From the NCBI GenBank assembly GCA_963844035.1, contig CAWJMT010000009.1:32001-96000 (forward strand): DNA of 64,000 nt, read 5' to 3'. The notes beneath the pieces are model-generated. The model did not search any database. It had not been told where the DNA came from and was given only the letters and a program-made list of their open reading frames with translations. Position numbers and translations under genes: made by a program. The DNA is from an uncultured Gemmatimonadales bacterium. GTDB lineage: Bacteria; Gemmatimonadota; Gemmatimonadetes; Gemmatimonadales; GWC2-71-9. This document shows, one piece after another, positions 53,142 through 63,212 of this stretch; position 1 is the first letter of the stretch; every line of letters starts with the position of its first letter.

Positions 53142-53202
53142 AGCTTGGGCGTCCCTTGTGGCTGCCGCGAAATCGCCGGTAGGTTAGGGTTTGGGAAACC
53201 CG

Positions 53203-54030
53203 ATGCCAAAACCTAGCGCCGAAGGGCCGGTCGTGCGATCCACGCCGGCTGAATCTCCCCCGGTCGGGGAACTATCACTCGCCGGGAAAGTGGTGCTCGT
53301 CACCGGCGGCTCGACGGGGATTGGCCGCGCTACTGCCGTCGCGTGTGCGGCGGCCGGAGCGGACCTGGCGATCACGTATGCGTCGAACCAGGCGGGTGCC
53401 GCGAGCAGCGCCGAGGAGATCCGCGCCCTCGGACGGCGTGCCGAGGTATTCCATGTGGATCTGGCGAATGCCGCCGGGGTCACAGAGCTGGCGGCGAGTG
53501 CGCGCGCCGCGCTCGGGCGCGTGGACGTATGGATCAACAACGCCGGCGCGGACATTCTGACGGGCTCCGCGCGCAACCTCACCTGGACCGAGAAGCTCGA
53601 CCGGCTGCTGAGCGTAGATCTCCGGGGCACCGTGCTGGCGTCGTGGGCGGCGGTGGAGCTGATGCGCGCGCAGCAGGCGGGGGGCGTGATCCTCAACATG
53701 GCCTGGGACCACGTGGCGGCGGGCGGGATGACGGGTGAGTACGCCCAGGTGTTCTGCGCCGCGAAGGGCGGCGTCCACAGCTTCAGCCGTGTCCTGGCGC
53801 GCTCGGTGGCGCCGCACATCCGGGTGAACGTGCTCGCCCCCGGCTGGGTCGAGACCGACTACGGGGCTGCGCTCGATCCCGCGGTCAAGCAGCGGATCGC
53901 CGGAGGCATCCCCCTGCAGCGCTGGGCCCGTCCGGAGGAGGTCGCCGCCGCCGCGGTATTTCTCGCGTGCGACGCAGCTGGCTACATCACCGGACAGATG
54001 CTGATGATCAACGGCGGCGACGTGATCTAG
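53203..54030 (+). CDS. Short-chain dehydrogenase/reductase with atypical active site
   Basis: TGGSTGIG, INNAG, NMAWD, FCAAK, VLAPGWV, YITGQ. Confidence 0.88.
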   Translation: MPKPSAEGPVVRSTPAESPPVGELSLAGKVVLVTGGSTGIGRATAVACAAAGADLAITYASNQAGAASSAEEIRALGRRAEVFHVDLANAAGVTELAASARAALGRVDVWINNAGADILTGSARNLTWTEKLDRLLSVDLRGTVLASWAAVELMRAQQAGGVILNMAWDHVAAGGMTGEYAQVFCAAKGGVHSFSRVLARSVAPHIRVNVLAPGWVETDYGAALDPAVKQRIAGGIPLQRWARPEEVAAAAVFLACDAAGYITGQMLMINGGDVI

Positions 54031-54051
54031 CCGCCTCACCAGGAGGTCCCG

Positions 54052-54411
54052 ATGGCGACGAAGGAACGCACCTACACCGAAGCGGAGATCGAGGGGAAGC
54101 TCAAGGACTTGCCCGGGTGGTGGGTCGAGAACGGCTGGATCCGCCGCATGTACAAGACCGACGGGTGGCCGATCACGCTGATGCTGGTGAACGCGATCGG
54201 CTATGTCGCCGAGGCGGCCAATCACCATCCCGATCTCACCGTGACGTGGGCGAAGCTGACGGTCAAGCTGCAGAATCACGCCGCGGGCGGGATCACCGAC
54301 AAGGATTTCGAGCTGGCCCGCAAGATCGAGGACGTGGTGCTGTGGCGGCCGCAGGGCGGCGCGCTCGAGGGGACACCCAACAAGTTCGTGCGCTCCGGCG
54401 ACCCGCGGTGA
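54052..54411 (+). CDS. Pterin-4a-carbinolamine dehydratase family
   Basis: AGGAGG RBS; AEAANHHPDL...H..GGITDKDFELA. Confidence 0.9.
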   Translation: MATKERTYTEAEIEGKLKDLPGWWVENGWIRRMYKTDGWPITLMLVNAIGYVAEAANHHPDLTVTWAKLTVKLQNHAAGGITDKDFELARKIEDVVLWRPQGGALEGTPNKFVRSGDPR

Positions 54412-55818
54412 GCAGCGCGTCTCGCGCTCCGCGGCGGGTGCTGTTCGTCACCGGCAAACTCGCAGAGCCCGCGCTGCGCCGCACCCTCGAACAGCTCGCC
54501 CCGGAGTTCGTCTACGACGTCGCCGTTCTCAAGATCACGGTCGCCGCGCTCATGACGGCGTCCTGGATCGCGCGGTTTCTCGAAGTCCCGCCCGGCACCG
54601 ACCTGGTGCTGATTCCCGGCCTGTGCGAAGGCGACCCCGCGCTGATCACCGAGCAGGTAGGCGTTCCGGTGCGAGAAGGGGCCCAAGGATCTGCGCGAGA
54701 TTCCCGAGTACTTCGGCCGGGAGAAGGTCGCCGGTACGTACGGCGCCTGGAACATCGAGATCGTCGCCGAAATCAACAACGCGCCGCGGCTGCCGCGCGA
54801 AGCGGTGCGCCGCGAAGCCGAAGCGTTCCGCGAGAGCGGGGCCGACCTCGTCGACATCGGATGCACGCCTGGGCGCGCGTATCCCGACTTGGGCGGGGTC
54901 GTCCAGGAGCTGGTGGGTGCCGGGATGCGCGTCAGCATCGACTCGTTCGATCCGGGAGAAATCCGGACGGCGGTCGCGGCGGGCGCAGAGCTGGTGCTGA
55001 GCGTGAACCGGTCGAACCTCGAGGTCGCGCGGGAGCTTGCCGGCACGAGCGCGCGCGTGGTGGTGGTGCCGGATTTCGGCGCGGGGCTCGAGACGCTCGA
55101 GCCCAGTATTGCCGCCCTCGACGCCTGGGGGGTGCGCTACCTGATCGACCCGGTCATCGAGCCGATCGGGTTCGGCTTCGTCGCGTCGCTCGAGCGCTTC
55201 ATCGAGGTGCGCCGGCGCTACCCGAGTGCCCCGTTGTTCATGGGCGTGGGAAACATCACGGAGCTCACCGAGGCCGACTCGACGGGTATCAACGCCATTC
55301 TCATGGCGATCTGCCAGGAGCTGGGCGTCGGTGCGGTGCTCACCACGGCGGTGATTCCCTGGGCCCGAGGAGCGGTGCGCGAGCTCGCCGTGGCGCGACA
55401 GCTGATGTACCACGCCGTCACGCAGAAGACCTTGCCCAAGGGCATCGACGACCGCCTGCTCACGGTGCGAGACGCGAAGGTGCTCGCGTACCAGGAAGAC
55501 GAGTTGCGCGCGATTCAGGCGACCGTGACCGATCCCAACTTCCGCATTTTCACCGACGCCGACACGATCACCGTCTTCAACGACGAGATCTTCGTGCGCG
55601 GCACGGATCTCGATGAGCTGTTTGCGCAGCTGCCCGTCACGGACCCCGCGCATGCCTTCTACCTCGGGCGCGAGCTCATGAAGGCGAAACTGGCGATCAC
55701 GCTCGGCAAGACGTACCGCCAGGAGGGCGCATTGCGGTGGGGCTATCTCACGCCGCCCGACGACCGCGCTCCCAAGCACGTGAAGCGCCGGCGGGCCCGG
55801 GCCAAGGGCGGCGTGTGA
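54408..55818 (+). CDS. Dihydropteroate-synthase-like methanopterin biosynthesis protein (Orf20-like), frameshift ~54675
   Basis: LFVTGKLAEPAL, VAALMT, GPKDLR, GADLVDIG, SIDSFD, GNITELTEADS, HAFYLGRELMKA. Confidence 0.85.
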
Positions 55819-57295
55819 GTGGGTTCCCCCTGGTCGAGGAGCTGATCCCGGCTCCCGATCCGCTGGAAGCGTGCGCGCAGCTGGCCGACCTTCCGTATCT
55901 CGTCTTGCTCGACAGCGCGACCACCGAGACACCCGTCGGGCAGCACTCATTTCTCACCGCCGATCCCCCAGCGCTGGTTCGCAGCAAGGGCGATCTGACG
56001 CAACAGCGCACCCCGGCGAGCGAGGTGTGGACGCGCGTGGACGGCGATCCGCTCAGCGCCGCGCGGCAGCTGCTCGCGCCCTTCGCTGCGGCGCCCGTAC
56101 CCGGGCTGCCCCCCTTTCAGGGAGGGGCAGCCGGTTACCTGGGCTACGATTGGGGCGCGATGCTCGAGCGTGTGCCCCGCGCCGCATACGACGACCTCGC
56201 CATCCCGGACGTCTTGCTCGGCATTTACGACTGGGTGATCGCCTGGGACCATCGGACGAACCGCGCCTGGCTCGTGTCGACGGGGATGCCCTGAGACGGG
56301 ACCGGCTCGGAGCGAGCGCGCGGCTGAGCCGCATGGCGTTCGTGAAGGAACGGCTGGCGGGCAGGCGGGCAGGCGGGCAGGCGGGCGGCGAAGGCAAAGC
56401 CCGCCCACCCGCCGACCCGCCCACCCGCCCCTCCGCCCCGACGTATCCCGTCCCCGACATCGCGGACGCCTCCCGTCTCGGGCTCCGCTCGACGTTCACC
56501 CGCGCCGGCTACCAACACGCCGTGGCGCAGGTGATCGAGTACATCTGCGCCGGGGACATCTTTCAGGCCAACCTGTCGCAGCGGCTCGAAGCCCCGCTTG
56601 TGGGCACGCCGTTCGAGCTGTACCGCCGGCTCCGGTCCCGCAATCCCGCGCCGTTCGCGGCGTTTCTCGATTTCGGCGAGCTGGTGGTGGCGAGCTCATC
56701 CCCCGAACGCTTCCTGCGCCTCGATGGCCGGCACGTGGAAGCCCGCCCCATCAAGGGAACGCGGCCCCGCGGGGTGGGACCGGAGCACGACGCGGCTCTG
56801 GCCATGGCGCTCGCCGAGAGCGACAAGGATCGCGCGGAGAACGTGATGATCGTCGATCTCCTGCGGAACGACCTGTCGCGCGTGTGCGAGCCGGGATCGG
56901 TGCGGGTGCCCGAGCTGTTCGCGCTCGAGCACTACGCGACCGTGCACCACCTGGTCTCGACCGTCGTGGGCGACCTCATCCCGACGCACAATGCGGCAGA
57001 CCTGGTGCGCGCCGCATTCCCCGGCGGGTCGATCACGGGCGCGCCCAAAGTCCGCGCGATGCAGATCATCGCCGAGCTCGAGCCGACGCGGCGCGGGGTG
57101 TATTGCGGCGCGATCGGCTACTGGAGCACGACTGGGGCATTCGACACGAGCATCGTCATCCGCACGTATCTCGTGCTCGGGGACGTCGTGTATTTCCAGG
57201 CGGGGGGCGGGATCGTCGCCGACTCCGATCCCGAGCAGGAGTACCGGGAAACGCTCGACAAGGCCGGAGGCCTCATCGCCGCCCTGGTGCCATGA
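55815..57295 (+). CDS. pabB: Aminodeoxychorismate synthase component I, frameshifts ~56290-56330
   Basis: LLDSA, FQGGAAGYLGYD, GDIFQANLSQR, PIKGTRPR, AENVMIVDLLRNDL, GSITGAPK. Confidence 0.88.
56357..56428. repeat. 4+4 inverted octamer array (GCGGGCAG-type) in the pabB linker
   Basis: GCGGGCAG x3 GCGGGCGG ... AAGCCCGC CCACCCGC CGACCCGC CCACCCGC. Confidence 0.8.
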
Positions 57296-57906
57296 TCCTG
57301 CTCATCGACAACTACGACTCCTTCGTCTACAACCTGGCGCGCTACACGCGCGAGCTGGGGCTCGAGCCGCACGTCGTGCGGCATGACGCGATTTCGGTAG
57401 CAGGCGTCGCGGCGCTCGCCCCGTCGCACATCGTGATCTCGCCCGGCCCGTGCTCGCCCACCGAAGCGGGGATCTCGACCGACGTGGTGCGCCGGCTGGG
57501 CGCCACGATCCCGATCTTGGGCGTATGCCTGGGCCACCAGTGCATCGGAGCGGCGTACGGCGCGCCGATCGTCCGCGCGGGACGACCGATGCACGGAAAG
57601 GCATCGTGTATCCACCACGATGGGCGCGGCATTTTCACCGGGCTCCCGAACCCGTTCCAGGCCGCCCGTTACCACTCGCTCGCCATCTCCCGCGCGGGGA
57701 TGCCTCCCGAGCTGCGCATCACGGCCACGAGCGACGACGGTGAGATCATGGCGGTCGAGCACACGCACCATCCCGTGGTGGGACTGCAGTTCCATCCCGA
57801 GTCGGTGCTGACAGAGCACGGCTACCGCCTGCTCGATCGATTCTTCCGGGGCGCGGCGTCACGGGGAGATCAGCTGCCCGACCGCGCCGACGGCATGGCC
57901 CGATGA
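57292..57906 (+). CDS. pabA: Glutamine amidotransferase, ADC synthase component II
   Basis: LIDNYDSF, ISPGPC, GVCLGHQ, RYHSL, QFHPES. Confidence 0.9.
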   Translation: MILLIDNYDSFVYNLARYTRELGLEPHVVRHDAISVAGVAALAPSHIVISPGPCSPTEAGISTDVVRRLGATIPILGVCLGHQCIGAAYGAPIVRAGRPMHGKASCIHHDGRGIFTGLPNPFQAARYHSLAISRAGMPPELRITATSDDGEIMAVEHTHHPVVGLQFHPESVLTEHGYRLLDRFFRGAASRGDQLPDRADGMAR

Positions 57907-58466
57907 TCCTCGAAACGATCCTCACCACTCAGGATTCCGCGGGCACGGTGCACTGCGCGCCGATGGGTGTGGAGTGGGGCGAGGAGGAAATCGTGATCAA
58001 GCCGTTTCTCGAGACGACGACACTGCGGAACCTCCGCGCTACGGGCGTCGCGGTCGTGAGTCTCACCGACGATGTGATGCTGTTCGCCCAGGCGGCGATC
58101 TCGGACGCGCGGTTTCCGACTTTCCCCGCGGCCGTGGTACCGGGCGTCGTACTCGAAGCCGCGTGCTCGTGGCGCGAGGTGCGGGTGCACGCCATCGACA
58201 CGACGCCGCCGCGCGCCCGCGTCGTCACCACCGTCGTCCATCGCGGTGTGCGCCGGGAGTTCATCGGCTTCAACCGGGCCCGGCACGCCGTGCTCGAGGC
58301 CGCGATCCTCGCGACGCGTACGCACCTGCTTCCCGTCGAACAGATCCGCGACGAGTTCGCACGGCTGCAGGTGATCGTCGACAAGACCGCGGGCCCAAGC
58401 GAGCGGGAGGCGATGGCGCTGCTCACCCAGCACGTGCGCACGGCCGTCCCGGTGGCGGCACGATGA
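57903..58466 (+). CDS. DUF447-like protein (H4MPT cluster, Orf19-like)
   Basis: ILETILTT...APMGV...PF...GFNRARHAVLEAAILATR. Confidence 0.8.
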   Translation: MILETILTTQDSAGTVHCAPMGVEWGEEEIVIKPFLETTTLRNLRATGVAVVSLTDDVMLFAQAAISDARFPTFPAAVVPGVVLEAACSWREVRVHAIDTTPPRARVVTTVVHRGVRREFIGFNRARHAVLEAAILATRTHLLPVEQIRDEFARLQVIVDKTAGPSEREAMALLTQHVRTAVPVAAR

Positions 58467-59446
58467 CGCGGACGGCGCCGGCGGTGTTTGTCGAGGCGCC
58501 GGCGCGGCTGCATTTCGGTATGCTCGACCTGCGCGGCACCCTCGGGCGCCGGTTCGGGGGCATCGGCGCCGCTGTGCCCGCGCCGTCGCTCCTGCTCGAG
58601 GCGCGCCCCGCCGCGGGCTTGAGCGCGGAGGGACCCCGGGACCACGTCGAGCGCGCGCTCGAGTTCGCGCGTCGCTTCCTGTCCCATCACCATCTCGTTG
58701 CGGGAACCGAGTTGTGTCTGCACCGCACGATCCCGGCGCATGCGGGCCTCGGCTCAGGAACCCAGCTGGCTCTGGCGGTCGCGCGGGCGCTCGCCGAGCA
58801 GCACGGGCTTCCCACGGACATCGCCGCCCTCGCGCACGCCGTGGGCCGGGGCCGCCGCTCGGGCGTCGGCACTTGGACCTTCGCGGGCGGCGGATTCGTG
58901 CTCGGAGGGCGGCCGGCGGCGCACGGACACCGGGATCGCTCCCTTGCTCGCGCGGCTGCCGATACCGGCGGCGTGGCGCTGCGTCATCGTCGTGCCTGAG
59001 GGCGCGCCCGGGCTGGCCGGAGACGAGGAAGCGGCGGCGTTCGCGCGGCTCCCCCCCCGGACCCGCACGCGGTCGAGCACGTGGCGCACGTCGTGGTGAT
59101 GCAGCTGCTCCCGGCGCTCGCCGAGGCGGACCTGGCTGAATTCGGTGCGGCGTTGAGCGAGGTGCAACGGGTTACGGGCGGCTGGTTTGCCGAAGCTCAA
59201 GGGGGGGTGTTCGCGCCGGGCCAGAGCGCGGCGCTGGTGGAGCGCCTGCGCGAATGGGGAGCCACCGGCGTCGGGCAGAGCTCGTGGGGACCGGCGGTCT
59301 ATGGGTTGGTCGCGGACGCGTTCACCGCCGGCATGATCGCTGACCGGGCGCGCGACGTGGTGGGAGCTCGGGGTGCCGTGTACGAGGGCCCGTTCAGCTC
59401 GGGCGGCGCACGGATCGCGCGGGGCGCGCCACCCGAGCCGCTGTAG
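58463..59446 (+). CDS. mptG: Beta-ribofuranosylaminobenzene-5'-phosphate synthase (GHMP family), frameshifts ~58905 and ~59055
   Basis: PARLHFG, RRFGGIG, HAGLGSGTQLAL, GRGRRSGVG, GVGQSSWGP. Confidence 0.88.
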
Positions 59447-59449
59447 GCG

Positions 59450-60800
59450 CTACTTGCCTACGCAAAACGTCGCGAAGACGCGCTCGAGCACATCGTCAGG
59501 CGTCACGGCGCCGATCAGCTCGTCGAGCGCGCCCACGCTCGCCCGCAGGTGGGTGGCCGCGGCTACGGCATCCACTCCGTTCGCGCGCGCCGTGTGAAAC
59601 GCCTCGATTTCGCCGAGCGCACGCTCGAGCGCCACGCGGTGGCGCGCGCGCGTCACCACCGGCTCCACGTCACCGAGGCGCAGCAGCTGGCCGAACGCGA
59701 CTTCGGCGAGGCGACGCCGTAGGGCATCGAGACCTTCGCCGGTCATCGCCGAAACACGAGGGAAGGGGGAAGAGGGAAGAGGGAAGGGTAAATCTGCTTT
59801 CGTGTACACAGTAACGACCGGAGCTGTGCACTGCGCAAGGAACTCGTCACGCGCATCCCCTTCCCCCTTCCCCCTTCCCTCTTCCCCAATCGCTTCGCAG
59901 AACAAGATCAGGTCCGCCGCCGCGAGGTAGCGGCGACTCACTTCGATCCCGAGCCGCTCGACGTGATCCTCGCTGTCGCGCAGGCCCGCCGTATCGACGA
60001 GCCGGAACGGGAAGCCTTCGATCACGGCGGTCGCCTCGATCGCGTCCCGTGTGGTGCCGGGGATCTCGGTGACGATGGCGCGCTCGCGCCCGAGCAGCGC
60101 GTTGAAGAGCGACGACTTGCCCGCGTTGGGCCGGCCGGCGATGACCAGCAGGGCGCCTTCGTGGAGTCGTTCCCCCTCGGGCGCAGTTTTGACGAGCTGC
60201 GCGAGCCGGTCCCGCACGACGCGCCAGGTACGCGCGACGCGCTCCGGACTCACAGGGCCTTCGTCCTCGTCGGGAAAGTCGATGTCGTACGCCAGCAGCG
60301 CCTCGAGCTGCGAGCAGATCGTCGCGCAGTGCCTCGAGCCGCTGGGACAGGCCCCGGTCGAGCTGCTGCAATGCGTGCCGGCGCTGGACGGGAGAGGCTG
60401 CGTCGATCAGGTCGGCGGTGGCTTCGGCCTGGAGCAGGTCGAGCTTGCCGTTCAGGAGCGCCCGGCGGGTGAACTCGCCGGGAGGCGCGGGGCGGGCACC
60501 GGCGGCGACGAACGCCGCAACGGCGTCCGCCGGGACGAGCAACCCGCCGTGGGTGAACACTTCCACCATGTCCTCGCCGGTGTACGAGCGGGGCGCCGCA
60601 TACCAGGCGACCAGCGGTTCGTCGATCAAGTCGCCGGCGGCGGTGACGAGGCTGGCTCGCCGCATGGTGCGCGCGGCGTCGGGGAACGGGCGCAGGCAGC
60701 GCGCCGCCACTTCGCGCACGCCGGTGCCCGACAACCGGATCACCGCGACCGCGGAGCGTCCCGGTGGGGTCGCGAGGGCCACGATCGGATCCGACAACAC
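59450..60800 (-). CDS. mnmE: tRNA modification GTPase MnmE, frameshift ~60310
   Basis: DPIVALATPPG, SYTGEDMVE, GRPNAGKSS, GTTRD, DTAG, FCVGK. Confidence 0.95.
59760..59886. repeat. 4+4 inverted heptamer array (GGGAAGR) in mnmE
   Basis: GGGAAGG GGGAAGA GGGAAGA GGGAAGG ... CCTTCCC x3 TCTTCCC. Confidence 0.8.
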
Positions 60801-60828
60801 CGCTCCCCCGACCCCCCTTCCCTCGTGA

Positions 60829-62482
60829 CTACGTGGTCTTGCCCTGCTGTCGCAGCCGCCGTTGCGCGATCAGCCACTGTTGCGGAATGCTGAAGATGTT
60901 GGAGACCGCGTAGTACAGGTTCAACCCCGCCGCGAATCGGTAGAACAGCACGGTCATCATGATCGGCATGAAGTACAGCATCATCTTCGCCTGCGGGTTC
61001 GGCGGCACGCCCATCTGACCGACCTTGGAGAGCACAAACATCGACAAGCCCCATCATCACCGGGATGATGTAGTACGGGTCGTGACGCGAGAGATCCGGC
61101 AGCCAGAGGAAGGGGACGCCGCGGAACTCGATCGTGTTGGCGAACACGAAGAACAACGCGAACAGGACCGGCATCGGGATCAGCATCGGCAGACAGCCGC
61201 CGAACGGATTGACCTTATGCTCCTTGTATACCTTGAGCATCTCCCGTTGCAGCCGCTCGGGATCGTCTCGGTGTTTATCCTGCGTCGCTTTGATCAGCGG
61301 CGCGGCGGCCTGCATGCGGATGCTCGATTCCATCGCCTTCTGGTTCAACGGCCAGAGGACCAGACGGACCGCGATGCCGAAGATGACCAGCACCCAGCCG
61401 TAGGGAAGTTGGAGCCGCTCGTGCATCCACAACAACACCGTCTCGACGAGGCTCGTCACCGGCTGGATCAGGGGACGGAAAAATCCGCCGTAGGGGTTGG
61501 CGTTTTCGAGGTCGTGCCCGATGCGCTCCAGGCGCCGGTATTCGAGCGGGCCGATGTACATCTGATAGCGAAAGCCCCCCGCCGGCGCGACCGGCAACGT
61601 GACGGCGACCGCCATGCGGGTGGCCGTCTTCCCCTGGCGCGGACCGCCCACCGCGATGCTGCCGGCAAGCTTGGGATGGTTCTCCTCGAGCGCGAGCGCG
61701 GCCAACAGGAAGTACTTCGACTTGAGGGCCACCCACTCGAACGGACCGTCGAGGATCCTCTGCTCGCCCGGCTTGAGCGACGAGAACGCCGTGCTCTGCG
61801 TTTTGGCCGCCTTGGTGACGACGGCGAAATGGCGGAAATCGTCGACGGTATCCGCCTCCACCGACCGCGGCCCTTCGCCGAGTCCGAGGACGAGGACGGC
61901 CCCTGTCGGGCCCAGGCCGGTGACGCGGCCGAGCGCCGCGAAGCGGTACCCCTCGGGGTCGAACACGTATTCGAGGGTCACCGTCGCGCCCTGGCGTTCG
62001 CCCGAGAAGGTGAGCCGCGTATGTTCGCCGTCGACCTGCAGGGCACGAGTGCTCGGCTCGAACACCCAGTCACTCAACGCCACCGTGTCCCCGCCCACGA
62101 CCAGGCGAGTCGCCAGCACCGAGTGCCCGGCGGGCACGAGCTGTACGACCCCACCGCTGTCCGCAGGGGCAAACGACCGATAGCGAAGGAGTTCCGCGGC
62201 TACCAGCTGACCCCCGGCGGTGCTGAAGCCGAAGCGAGTGGTGGGGGAGGTGACCCACACCGTCTCCGCTGACGCGGAGACGGGGGCGGTCGGGCGGTCG
62301 GCCGGTCGGCCGGTCAATCGCGAGGTGCCTGCCGTTGAGTCGGGAGCCGGCGCCGGGTGCGACGTGTCTTCGACCGCCTGTCCGCCCGGCCGCCCGACCG
62401 GCTTCTTCGGCGGAAACAGGATGCTCGGTATCACTGCCACGCCGAGCATGAGGACGATTGCTAAGATGAGCCGTCGGTCCAC
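60829..62482 (-). CDS. yidC: Membrane protein insertase YidC, frameshift ~61050
   Basis: MDRRLILAI, YIGP, YGWVLVIF, NPFGGCLPMLI, FLWLPDLS, AGLNLYY. Confidence 0.95.
62286..62401. repeat. 4+4 inverted octamer array (GCGGTCGG-type) in the yidC linker
   Basis: GCGGTCGG x2 CCGGTCGG CCGGTCAA ... TCGACCGC CTGTCCGC CCGGCCGC CCGACCGG. Confidence 0.8.
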
Positions 62483-62488
62483 GAGTCC

Positions 62489-62716
62489 TCAGGGTACCGG
62501 GTCGAACCCGCCGGGGTGAAAGGGGTGGCAGCGAAGAATCCGCTTCGCGCCGAGCCAGCTCCCTTTGAGTGCCCCGTAGCGTTCGACCGCCGCGAAGGTG
62601 TAGTGCGAGCACGTCGGAGTGAAGCGACACTGCGTCAACATGTACGGGGCCAGAGTGACCTGGTACGCGCGGATCATCCCCATCACGGCAAGGCGAGGCC
62701 AGCGTCGCGGGTTCAT
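62489..62716 (-). CDS. yidD: Membrane protein insertion efficiency factor
   Basis: IRAYQ...[10 protein letters not shown]...[17 protein letters not shown]. Confidence 0.93.
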   Translation of the reverse strand: MNPRRWPRLAVMGMIRAYQVTLAPYMLTQCRFTPTCSHYTFAAVERYGALKGSWLGAKRILRCHPFHPGGFDPVP

Positions 62717-63051
62717 ATGATGCGCCTCACACTGTCCATCAATTCTGCGCGGAGTGCTGGCGGTGGGGCGGAGTACGCGGAGCGTTTCGTGCGCACCACG
62801 AGGTCGACCGACGGCAGTGTCGCGATGGCTTCGCGCCTCAGCACCTCCCGGAGGCGCCGGCGCAACCGATTGCGTGCCACGGCGGTGAACTGGAAGCGGG
62901 GAACGACGAACGCGATCCGTGGATGGCCCAACTGATTGACGCGCCACGCCAACTCGAGGTGCGGTGTACGCCACCGGCGCCCTTTTTCCCAACAGGCCGT
63001 GAGCTCCGCGCTGCGCGCCAATCGCACGCGGCGCGGAAAGCGCTCGCGCGT
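62713..63051 (-). CDS. rnpA: RNase P protein component (start codon non-canonical or uncertain)
   Basis: [28 protein letters not shown] (RNR motif), DLVV. Confidence 0.9.
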   Translation of the reverse strand, partial: TRERFPRRVRLARSAELTACWEKGRRWRTPHLELAWRVNQLGHPRIAFVVPRFQFTAVARNRLRRRLREVLRREAIATLPSVDLVVRTKRSAYSAPPPALRAELMDSVRRII

Positions 63052-63212
63052 TAGTGGCTCCGATGCTTGGACGGCAGTCGGACGGTGAGGCGCTTGCGCC
63101 CCTTCTTGCGCCGACGCGACAAGACCGCGCGGCCCCAAACGTCTTTCATCCGCGCCCGGAAGCCGTGCTTGTTGATCCGTCGCCGGTTGCGTGGACGATA
63201 AGTCGGACCCAT
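63051..63212 (-). CDS. rpmH: 50S ribosomal protein L34 (not in the ORF track)
   Basis: [62 protein letters not shown]. Confidence 0.96.
   Translation of the reverse strand: MGPTYRPRNRRRINKHGFRARMKDVWGRAVLSRRRKKGRKRLTVRLPSKHRSH

Noticed and set aside
56289..56330. In-frame TGA in pabB as selenocysteine or programmed recoding
   Set aside because: Explained by two single-base insertions; no SECIS-like element seen and no Cys expected at this position.
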